NCBI RefSeq assembly: GCF_010365105.1
Contig: NZ_JAAFGZ010000008.1
Span: 15,656-79,655, forward strand
Length of the DNA: 64,000 nucleotides
Origin: Polaromonas sp.
GTDB lineage: Bacteria; Pseudomonadota; Gammaproteobacteria; Burkholderiales; Burkholderiaceae_C
Reading direction: 5' to 3'
The first letter of the stretch is position 1. Each line of letters opens with the position of its first letter. Shown one piece after another: positions 30,011 to 37,977 of this stretch. Made by a program: the position numbers and the translations under genes. The notes below the pieces were generated by a model. That model saw nothing but the letters and a program-made list of their open reading frames with translations, had not been told where the DNA came from and searched no databases.

Positions 30011-31141
30011 ATGCGTCCCCATCGACCCCCCCGCAATCCGCGCTATATCTGGCAACTGCCCGACTGGCCAAACCTCACCTGCGACGTTGCCGCACTGGCC
30101 GCACCCCTGGCCCAGGTGCACCGGGCGCAAGGTCAGCTCATGGGGCGCATGGCTGAGCTGGGCATGGCCCAGCGTGAACAAGCGACCTTGCAGGTGCTTA
30201 CCCAGGAAGTCATCAAGACCAGCGAGATAGAAGGCGAACGCCTCAGCCTGGACGCCGTGCGCTCGTCCATCGCGCGCAGGCTGGGGCTGGACATTGGCGC
30301 ACTGGCCCCCAGCGACCGGAAGGTGGACGGCGTGGTGGATGTGGTGCTGGACGCCACCCGCCACTTTGACCAGTCCCTGACGGCAGAGCGCCTGTTTGGC
30401 TGGCACGCCGCTTTGTTCCCCACCGGCTACAGCGGCCGGGTGCGCATCACCGTGGCGGCATGGCGCACGGATGCCAGCGGTCCCATGGAAGTGGTGTCCG
30501 GCCCTGTGGGGCGGGAGAAAGTGCATTTCACCGCACCGCCTGCCAGCACGTTGCTTGCGCAAACCGATGCGTTCCTGAAGTGGTTCGAGGCCGCCCCGGT
30601 GGGCGACGCCCTGATCAAAGCCGGGCTGGCGCACCTGTGGCTGGTGACCCTGCATCCGTTTGACGACGGCAATGGCCGCATCAGCCGCGCCGTGGGCGAC
30701 ATGGCGCTGGCGCGCGCCGAAGGCACCCGTCAGCGCTTCTATAGCTTCAGCGCCCAGATACAGCGCGAGCGCAAGGACTATTACGACCAGCTGGAGGCCA
30801 CGCAAAAAGGCCCGCTGGACGTGACGCCCTGGCTCGGGTGGTTTCTGGGCTGCCTGCTGCGCGCCGTTCAAGGCGCAGACGCCACGCTGGCCGGCGTGCT
30901 GGACAAGGCCCGGTTCTGGCAACGCTGGGCCGGCACGCCCATGAATGCGCGGCAAACCCAGGTGCTGAACCGCGTGCTGGACGGCTTTGAAGGCAAGCTC
31001 AGCAACGCCAGGTGGGCCGCGCTGGGCAAGTGCTCTGCGGACACGGCGCTACGCGACATCAATGATCTGCTGGCGCGCGGCGTGCTGCGCAAGCTGGAGG
31101 GCGGTGGACGCAGCACGGGATATGCGTTATGTGCCAAATAG
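30011..31141 (+). CDS. Fic family protein (DUF4172 N-terminal, Fic core, C-terminal wHTH)
   Basis: Fic motif HPFDDGNGRISR. Putative inhibitory helix TSEIEG. ATG at 30011. Confidence 0.9.
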   Translation: MRPHRPPRNPRYIWQLPDWPNLTCDVAALAAPLAQVHRAQGQLMGRMAELGMAQREQATLQVLTQEVIKTSEIEGERLSLDAVRSSIARRLGLDIGALAPSDRKVDGVVDVVLDATRHFDQSLTAERLFGWHAALFPTGYSGRVRITVAAWRTDASGPMEVVSGPVGREKVHFTAPPASTLLAQTDAFLKWFEAAPVGDALIKAGLAHLWLVTLHPFDDGNGRISRAVGDMALARAEGTRQRFYSFSAQIQRERKDYYDQLEATQKGPLDVTPWLGWFLGCLLRAVQGADATLAGVLDKARFWQRWAGTPMNARQTQVLNRVLDGFEGKLSNARWAALGKCSADTALRDINDLLARGVLRKLEGGGRSTGYALCAK

Positions 31142-31190
31142 GCACTTGGCGCTTGTGGAATGTGCGCGAGCAGCTATCAAATTAAATAAC
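31141..31190 (+). repeat. REP-like intergenic repeat (copy 6)
   Basis: Sequence GGCACTTGGCGCTTGTGGAATGTGCGCGAGCAGCTATCAAATTAAATAAC. Confidence 0.55.
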
Positions 31191-31198
31191 GATCAGCC

Positions 31199-31392
31199 AT
31201 GAAAAAAGTGTCTCGCATGGCGTCTGCCGTACCCGATGCTGAATCGGCGTTGTATTCCAGCATCCATGCGCTGGTCCTGTCCGCCCGCAACACCGTGGCA
31301 CGTGGCGTTAAGCGGGTAGCCGGTGTGCACCAATTTCGAGATGGGCTGGCACATTGTTGAGTACGAGCAGCAAGGCGAGGCACGGCTGCTTA
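31199..31392 (+). pseudogene. remnant of a DUF1016/YhcG-type (PDDEXK nuclease family) gene N-terminus
   Basis: One frame reads ..ALYSSIHALVLSARNTVARGV. A shifted frame reads TNFEMGWHIVEYEQQGEARL. Together they resemble the conserved YhcG N-terminus (..AR..A...VN....YW.IG..I.E.EQ.G..RA.YG). The gene is truncated after about 65 codons. Confidence 0.45.
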
Positions 31393-31420
31393 CGATGTGG
31401 CTATCAACAACTCCCCATCC

Positions 31421-31503
31421 GTCATTCCCGCGAAGGCGGGAATCCAGCAACACGGGCTGAAACGCTCAAACGCGTCTGGATACCCGCCTTCGCGGGTATG
31501 ACG
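31421..31503. repeat. pair of inverted REP hairpins
   Basis: GTCATTCCCGCGAAGGCGGGAATCCAG ... CTGGATACCCGCCTTCGCGGGTATGAC. Each unit is an 8-bp hairpin. The two units differ by a compensatory T/A swap. Confidence 0.7.
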
Positions 31504-31595
31504 CAGGGAAGTTATGACTGACCGCATCCCGCCAAAACTGGACCATGCGCGAATTCAAACGCCAGTTTGACAGCGGCCTGAACGGACGCCTGGCA

Positions 31596-32848
31596 CTATG
31601 GCTTGAGTGCAGGCTGGTGCCACCCCGGCACGTTCACCGCGTAGCGCGTTGCCTTGCCAACGCCCTCCACGCGCAGCAAGCCCTTGACCAGCAGGTCCGT
31701 CAAATCCCGCGTCGCAGTGGCTTTGGACGTGCCGGTGATCCTGGCGTACTTCTCGTTGGTCATGCCGCCCAGAAAACCGCCGCCCAGCGCCACTTGCCCT
31801 GCGTCCAGCAGGCGTTCCAGCACCTTGTGCTGCCGCGCATTCAAGCCGCATTGACCCGCCTTCATGCGGAAAACCGCCTTTTCTGTCGCCTGCCGCACGA
31901 CCGCCTGGCAGGCCATGCAGCCCTGTGTAAATGCCGCACAAACCACTGCACCCAGGGTGTCAGGTCAATGGCGGCGGCATCAAGCTTGACGCCGTGCAAG
32001 CGCTGCGCCTGGTTGAGTTCGTCGTAATACGCGGTGCGGGTTTTCAGCATCTGGCGGGCCATGCCAAACACGCGAACCAGGGCGGCATGGGTAGCCGGGT
32101 CGTGCGCCTGCATGTCTTGCGCCAGCGCCATGTCAACCAAAGCGCGCCCCAGCCGGCCATTGCCATCTTCAAACGGGTGAATCGACTCAAACCACACATG
32201 CACCAGCGCCGCCCGCGCGATGCCATGAAGCCCAGGTGCATGAGCGGTAGGCCTGGTGGCCTCGAACCACGCCAGAAACTGCGCCATTTCCGCTGCCACC
32301 TGACGCGAGGGTGGCGCTTCGTAATGCACCCGCTCCCGCCCGGGCGCGCCGCTGACGATCTGCATGGCGTCGGCATGGTCGCGCAAACGCCCCACGGCAA
32401 TGCGCGCAATGCCCGAGGTGCCACCCGGAAACAAGGCCGACTGCCAACGGCACAGGCGGTCCAGGGTCAGCGCATCGTGGGAGTTGGCCAGCGCATCCTG
32501 CATCACCTGCACCAGCCCGTCTGCAGTGCGGTCATGGCCGGGCGCATCGGCCAGGCCCAGCCGGTGCGCCACCGATGAGCGGACCGATTCCAGGTCGAGT
32601 TGCTCTCCCTCAATGGCTGCTGTGGCCAGCGCCTCTTGCACCCACAACTCGCGCTGCACCTCTTGCGCCTGCTCCAGGCCAATTGCCTCCAGCAAACCCA
32701 GCAACTTGCCTTGCGCCAGCCGGGCCTGGTCCAGCGCTGGCGCCAGCGCCAAGGCGTCGAAGGTCAGCCTCGGCCAGGCACCGTGCTGCCAGATGTAGCG
32801 TGGTGCGGGTGCTGTCGGTGGTGGTGTTGGATTGGGCATGAGCCGCAT
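31596..32848 (-). pseudogene. Fic family protein (paralogue of 30011-31141), frameshifted
   Basis: The N-terminal 328 aa (Fic motif HPFEDGNGRLGR, TAAIEG) run in the frame ending at 31862. The C-terminal wHTH part (..ARQHKVLERLL..TNEKYARITGTSKATATRDL) runs in the frame of ORF 31596-31946. The switch lies at about 31937-31946. Confidence 0.8.
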
Positions 32849-32870
32849 TGTAAGTAATGCAACTCAGAAA

Positions 32871-32900
32871 TTGAGGTGTATTTTAAGAAATACGCCTCAA
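32871..32900. other. 13-bp inverted repeat (hairpin or operator candidate)
   Basis: TTGAGGTGTATTT-taag-AAATACGCCTCAA, with one G.U/C.A position. It lies 23 nt upstream of the fic pseudogene ATG and at the distal end of the AT-rich tail of the RT cassette. Confidence 0.5.
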
Positions 32901-33317
32901 AGCGCTGCGGGAAGATTCGAGTTTTGTCTTTGGCTCAAGCACTTGTATACAAATTAAAAAAACAAAATTAATAACGAAAAATCGTTAATTTGAATACTCC
33001 ATGAACCTGCTGTTCCCGCACCCTTTGAGCGCACAGGTGTCAAGTAAAGTTGTTTTTCATTGCAAGACCTGAGTCTAAAACTTTTCTTTCAGGCAGATGC
33101 AGTGCAGAAGCTACTTGAGAAAAATATTTCTCAGCTTTAAAAGGTTTGTAACTGACTGGCTAAATAAGTTTGGCGAAAAAAATTATGCCAAATAGGGCCT
33201 TACCGCACAGCAGGCTATTAATTGAAGATTAAAAAGACATTACTTTTTGTCTACCTGCACTCGCGTCCGTATCCGTGGGTGTATTAAATAAAATTTAATT
33301 AAACTTACCCAAGTTTT

Positions 33318-35057
33318 TTAACTCATATATTCTGATCCAATTAAAGATAATGCCTCAAGAGGCGCGCCTTCTAAGATTGAATGTCTAGTTCGGGCGAGAG
33401 TGCATATTTCCTCTCCAGTCGTATTTATTCTAAGTGATTCAAATTCGTCTTCAAACGATAAATCTGACGCAGTGCGCGACTTTGGCGACTCATCATTTGT
33501 TGAGAGGAGCAACTGACCAGTTGGAGTTTTTGGAATGTCGGGAAGAGCAGATTGCGCGACAGTTCCGTGAAGTCTTAAAAGCACTAGTGAGTTTAATTTA
33601 GCATCATCTAATTGCGGTTCTAAGTTGAGCACCGCCTGAGTTTTGCCGTGTTCTTTCCATAGCTCCGCGAAAGCTGCAGGTGCTTGCCCAAAGAACGGGA
33701 GCACGGGATTAACAATGCCACCTTTTAATGCGTTGGCAAGTGATGCTTGCTCCACGAGTTCTGGAAAAGCTTGAAAAGCATCTTGTGGTCCTCCCCATTC
33801 TGAAAAGGTACGTAGATAAAACAAAACGTTTACGAGTCTTCTCGCTCTCTGAATCTTCCAGCGACGAAGGTGCGGTGAAGTCAACGATTCGCTACATAAT
33901 TCTAATAGTGACTGCTCGTAAAGATTTTTAAGAGCCATCGCTTTTTCTACGAAATAATTTTCATCTAATCGGAGTACGTGTAAGGTCTTAAGCACTTCAG
34001 TTATAGATTTTTGACGACGTAAAAAATATCGAAATCTAGAATAATTTGATAAGGTTTTAAGTCTTTCAATTGGGATGCTAAATCCAGCTCCTTTCAATCT
34101 ATCGCTTAACGATTGCGTACGACCTTCATAGAGAGCTAAATAAATCGTTAATTCGCGAGTAAAGGAGCGAAAGTCATCTTCAAATGGGATATCGGCACTA
34201 ATATTGCTAGAATTCCATTCTTCTTTTGTTAAATACTCTGTCTTAGATGAATTTAATTCGAAATTACTGCGCTCGACGCTGTTTTCTATGTCGCTAAGAA
34301 CAACGGCTCGATCAGCGCTCTTGCATACTATAACAATGTCATCCACATATCTAAAATAATTCGATCCATATTTTTTGTATAAATCGGAGTCAACTTGCGA
34401 CAATGCGACGTGACCCAATAGGTGGCCAGGTGCCGGGCCAATTGGGATGCCTCCATTGCTAGCATTTAAAAGTTGAACGAAGAAGTTTGTAAACCCATCG
34501 CTAGATCCATTTGGTATATTTTGAAATAGGCCTTTCAAGCTTTTTGTAATGCTTTCAATTTTAACCGATGGATAAAATTTTTTAATGTCAGCTACTACCG
34601 CGATTTTGTCATTTCCTTGAAGCGCTCGGAATATTTCATTGTTGCGTCGCTTATAGCCTTCCGCAAAAAAGCTATAGCTAGAGCCTGAACTGGTCGATTT
34701 TGGCCAAAGGTAGCTGTAGACCTGTGTGGAAACTGCAAATGAGGGGGTTGAGGCTAGGATTGCCAGTATGTGAGCGCCCGCAAGAGCCGTAGATGGATTT
34801 GGGGCAACACAGTCCCGATATTCGTGGACCAACTTTCCATTGTGGTTTGATGAACCCTTGTATAACTGAAAAGGTTTGTAGCTCCATTTGTCGCATGAGG
34901 CTATCCTTCGCTCAAGCATTCTATGAATGTAAGCTGGATCTTGTATGGAAAGATTTTTTCCTAAAACTCTAAGGCCCATGTAGCTCGGGAAATAACTCTG
35001 TTTGGTCGAATTTAGAGCACGGATTAGAAGTAACTGATCAGGAGTAATTGCACTCAT
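33318..35057 (-). CDS. reverse transcriptase, UG/Abi-like (defence-type), with a long helical C-terminal region
   Basis: 579 aa. RT motifs VVADIKKFYPSV, GIPIGPAPGHLLGHVAL, YFRYVDDIVIV (YVDD) and FELNSSKTEY. No maturase X, endonuclease or retron VTG features were seen. The ATG overlaps the upstream stop codon (ATGA). AT-rich. Confidence 0.85.
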   Translation of the reverse strand: MSAITPDQLLLIRALNSTKQSYFPSYMGLRVLGKNLSIQDPAYIHRMLERRIASCDKWSYKPFQLYKGSSNHNGKLVHEYRDCVAPNPSTALAGAHILAILASTPSFAVSTQVYSYLWPKSTSSGSSYSFFAEGYKRRNNEIFRALQGNDKIAVVADIKKFYPSVKIESITKSLKGLFQNIPNGSSDGFTNFFVQLLNASNGGIPIGPAPGHLLGHVALSQVDSDLYKKYGSNYFRYVDDIVIVCKSADRAVVLSDIENSVERSNFELNSSKTEYLTKEEWNSSNISADIPFEDDFRSFTRELTIYLALYEGRTQSLSDRLKGAGFSIPIERLKTLSNYSRFRYFLRRQKSITEVLKTLHVLRLDENYFVEKAMALKNLYEQSLLELCSESLTSPHLRRWKIQRARRLVNVLFYLRTFSEWGGPQDAFQAFPELVEQASLANALKGGIVNPVLPFFGQAPAAFAELWKEHGKTQAVLNLEPQLDDAKLNSLVLLRLHGTVAQSALPDIPKTPTGQLLLSTNDESPKSRTASDLSFEDEFESLRINTTGEEICTLARTRHSILEGAPLEALSLIGSEYMS

Positions 35058-35983
35058 AAATTTTTAAATTGCATTACTACAACTCTGCTATTTGTGACGT
35101 GGTCATTAATGGGATCTATCCATTGAAAATTCCGCGTTGGAGCTTTAGATATATCTTCCTCTGAGTCGCTTGAAGAACTTGAACCGCTAAATATCTGTTT
35201 GAGTGTAAAACTTATTGATTCAACAAACGTACCTAACCATGATTTTTCCAGTTTAGGTTCGACCCATAGCCAAGAACTAGATTTTTGTTTATGGCTTAGC
35301 CTGGCTGCAATCAATTTCAAGGAGTCCATCATCCGCTCAACTCCTTCTTTTTTTATACCTGATACAGCTGAAATAGTGCATAGAAATCTATTTGATTTTT
35401 TTGCCTTCGCTTCTTCAAAAAAATCGTCAAGAACCTCATTAATTTGACCGCTGATGTTCATGTCGCACACAGAAAATGTCAATTTTGTATATATTGCATT
35501 TGTAGCTAACCATGGTTTTAATTTTTCGAGTATTTCGGCATAATAGTTAAGCGCGTCAGGAGACATATCAATTCCTCTGATGTTTACATTTAACGGCAAG
35601 GTCGGTATAATTTTTTGATCGCGTAGTTCGCATATCGTTGAGAGAATAGATAAAGTCCCAGCACCATGGCCTGCAGCTAAGTCAAGGATAAATATTTCGC
35701 CTTGTGCTAGTTGATCTAGCACCATCATCCGACTTTTAGGCTGTTCATTATTTACATCAATGCATACGTATTGCATTCTTGCCGCAGAGTTCAGGAATCT
35801 ATTAGTCACATGGTCTTGTGCTTGAGCTGAAGATGCACCGCCGATATCACCTGAGGTTTTGGGTTGGTAGTTTTTTAGCCAACCTTTTTCATTCAAGAAG
35901 TCTGTGTATATATCGCATAACTTCTTGGCCAAACAAAGCTGCCCTTTGTCCCATAATGTTTGAGGTGTATGTTTAAGAGACAT
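35054..35983 (-). CDS. SAM-dependent methyltransferase-fold protein (function unknown)
   Basis: 309 aa. Motif I FILDLAAGHGAGTL, post-I IRGIDMSPDAL, and a possible motif IV-like VCDMN. No DPPY/NPPY or PCQ DNA-methyltransferase motif was found. AT-rich. Starts 7 nt after the helicase stop codon. Confidence 0.6.
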   Translation of the reverse strand: MSLKHTPQTLWDKGQLCLAKKLCDIYTDFLNEKGWLKNYQPKTSGDIGGASSAQAQDHVTNRFLNSAARMQYVCIDVNNEQPKSRMMVLDQLAQGEIFILDLAAGHGAGTLSILSTICELRDQKIIPTLPLNVNIRGIDMSPDALNYYAEILEKLKPWLATNAIYTKLTFSVCDMNISGQINEVLDDFFEEAKAKKSNRFLCTISAVSGIKKEGVERMMDSLKLIAARLSHKQKSSSWLWVEPKLEKSWLGTFVESISFTLKQIFSGSSSSSDSEEDISKAPTRNFQWIDPINDHVTNSRVVVMQFKNL

Positions 35984-35990
35984 ATTTAGT

Positions 35991-37802
35991 TTATTTGAAG
36001 AGCTTGTTGGATGCGCTAGCGGTAAAGATCAAACTTCCGGTCGCCCGCGTCGCCCCCACATAAAACAACCGCGCCTCCTGCCGCTCATCCTCGCCCGCAG
36101 CAGGCATCCGCCCCACGCCCACCAGCGCCACCACCGGAAACTCCAGCCCCTTGCTGGCGTGCATCGTCAGCAACTTGATCGTGTCTTCGTTGGGGTGAAA
36201 GCTGCCTGAGCCTTTGCGCACTTGGTGCGGTAGCCTGGTGCGGTTCAGCGCGTGTGCGCATGCGTCCATTTCGTCGTAGCGCCGGCAGATCACGGTCATG
36301 TCGCCCCAGGCGTGGTTTTCATGGTGGGCGGCGTTCAAGAGGTCGGCAATCTTGAAGGCCTCGCCCTGCAGGCTGGGCAGGCGGATGATGAGCGGCGCTT
36401 GCCCGTCGCGGCCGCAGCTGATGGGCTTGAGCAGCGGAATGCCGTCGTCGTCCTGGTCGTCTGCGGTCAGCAGGTCGGCGGCAATCAGGCTGGCGGTTTG
36501 AAGAATCTGGCGGGTGTTGCGGTAGTTGATTTTCAAAATGGTGGTGCGGCCCTGCGCCTGCACGCCCACGCTTTTGAAGCTGAAATTTTTGGCGCGCGCC
36601 CGCTCGTAAATGTTTTGCGCGTCGTCATACAGCAACAGCAAACTGTTGGTGGCCGGGTCCACCATTTGCGTGACGAGCCGGAGCCATTCGGGCGCAAAGT
36701 CGTGGCCTTCGTCGATCAGCACGGCCTGGTACTGGCCTGACGGGATTTGCGCGCGGTCCACGCCGTGAATGACGCGCAGAACCATCTCGTCCATCTTCTG
36801 GCCCACGGACAGGTGGTGCGCGGGCAAATCCTGCCCAAACGCCACCAGCTGGTCGCGGCACCACTTGTGAAAATGCCGCGCCTGCACCCGGTCTGACAGG
36901 CCTTTGCTGTCCATCACGCTGGCGAGCTTGACGGCCAGCGGCTCGTTGTAGCAAAGAATCAGGATGGGTTTGGAGGCGGGCGTGTTGGCCTTGGCCAGGT
37001 ATTCGGCGCGGTAGCCAAGGATCATCGTCTTGCCCGAACCGGCCACGCCGTGAATCACCCGGTGGCCGTCGCCCAGTGATCTTGCCAGCTGCTCTTGCTG
37101 CAGGTCCATCACGCGCAGCATGTCGGGGAAGTCGGCGTCCGGGTCGTTGTCGTCAAACAGCGCGCCCTGCGTTTGCACCCGCACCTGCGGAAACATGTTC
37201 CAGCGCACGCGGTCAAGCTGCGGCAGCGTCATCACGCCCCGGCCGAACGCGTGCGGAATCATGTTCCAGAGCCGCTGCTGAAAGGCTTCAACGTCGGCGG
37301 TTTCCAGCATTTCGTCCTGGCAGATCACGTATTGCGGCTCAATCGCCTCGCCCAGCCCGGCGGCGTCGAACTGCCTGCGCGTGATGCGGGTGAAGACCAC
37401 GCCGTGGCCCCATGGAAACGCCAGCTTGCCCTGGTGCGGGCCGCTTGTCTGCACCAGTTGCGGGTCGCGTTCCAGCGCGTTGACGACCTGAATGGCGCAA
37501 AACCGCGCCTGTGCCAGCGGGCTCATCACCACCTTGATGCGGCCATCGACCAGCAGGTCCCACGCCTGCCGGGTGGCCTGCTGGACCGTCTCCAGGCGCC
37601 AGTCCTTGGTTTCCAGAATCAGCAGGCCGCGCCGGGGGTGCAGCACCACAAAGTCGGGGTGCGACTGCTTGGGGCCAACGGGCACGTCGTACCAGAGCAA
37701 ATAGTCGTCGTCGAGCTTTTGCTCCAGCCGCTCGGCCAGGCGGCGCTCGCCAGAGGTCATTCGGGGCATGCAGGTGCCCATAGCAGGAATAAGAGTCGCC
37801 AT
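35991..37802 (-). CDS. NERD (PD-(D/E)xK nuclease-like) domain fused to SF1 UvrD/Rep-like helicase
   Basis: About 603 aa from ATG 37802 (the ORF-track start at 37805 is TTG). NERD-like HPDFVVL...LLILETKDW. Walker A GVAGSGKT, motif II VLIDEGHDF, and also YRNTRQI, TMHASKGLEFPVV and LFYVGATRATGSL. G+C is host-like. Confidence 0.85.
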   Translation of the reverse strand: MATLIPAMGTCMPRMTSGERRLAERLEQKLDDDYLLWYDVPVGPKQSHPDFVVLHPRRGLLILETKDWRLETVQQATRQAWDLLVDGRIKVVMSPLAQARFCAIQVVNALERDPQLVQTSGPHQGKLAFPWGHGVVFTRITRRQFDAAGLGEAIEPQYVICQDEMLETADVEAFQQRLWNMIPHAFGRGVMTLPQLDRVRWNMFPQVRVQTQGALFDDNDPDADFPDMLRVMDLQQEQLARSLGDGHRVIHGVAGSGKTMILGYRAEYLAKANTPASKPILILCYNEPLAVKLASVMDSKGLSDRVQARHFHKWCRDQLVAFGQDLPAHHLSVGQKMDEMVLRVIHGVDRAQIPSGQYQAVLIDEGHDFAPEWLRLVTQMVDPATNSLLLLYDDAQNIYERARAKNFSFKSVGVQAQGRTTILKINYRNTRQILQTASLIAADLLTADDQDDDGIPLLKPISCGRDGQAPLIIRLPSLQGEAFKIADLLNAAHHENHAWGDMTVICRRYDEMDACAHALNRTRLPHQVRKGSGSFHPNEDTIKLLTMHASKGLEFPVVALVGVGRMPAAGEDERQEARLFYVGATRATGSLIFTASASNKLFK

Positions 37803-37977
37803 CAAAAAGTCACATTTATTATCAATTTGTAACGTACATCATGCGCTCAAACTGGGGCCGTCTGACTGACACGCTCCGGCCGCTTTACGTAGCTTCCCTA
37901 GGTGCATCTTTGAAAAAAGGTCGTTAGCATCCGGAATCACGCCTGGTTCGATGGGCGGTTTATGGAGTACCCACTTT

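Noticed and set aside
33728-35447. Short ORFs 33728-33931 (+), 34678-34896 (-) and 35199-35447 (+) inside the AT-rich module.
   Set aside because: They are embedded in the RT or MTase-fold genes in other frames or on the other strand, and have no independent support.
33318-35983. Is the RT a retron, a group II intron or a CRISPR-associated RT?
   Set aside because: There is no upstream non-coding msr/msd-sized region (the upstream gene overlaps the RT ATG). No intron domain V/VI-like sequence or maturase/endonuclease domains were seen. There are no cas genes or repeats. The YVDD, GIPxG and long helical C-terminus fit the UG/Abi type better. This still needs profile confirmation.
32849-37977. 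A classical genomic island with an integrase and att sites.
   Set aside because: No integrase or recombinase gene, tRNA, or flanking direct repeats could be found by eye. Only the compositional step supports a foreign origin.
37806-37977. Promoter elements for the helicase cassette in the divergent intergenic region (TTACAA and GATAAT-like hexamers).
   Set aside because: The spacing between candidate -35 and -10 hexamers did not work out by eye, so no confident promoter call can be made.
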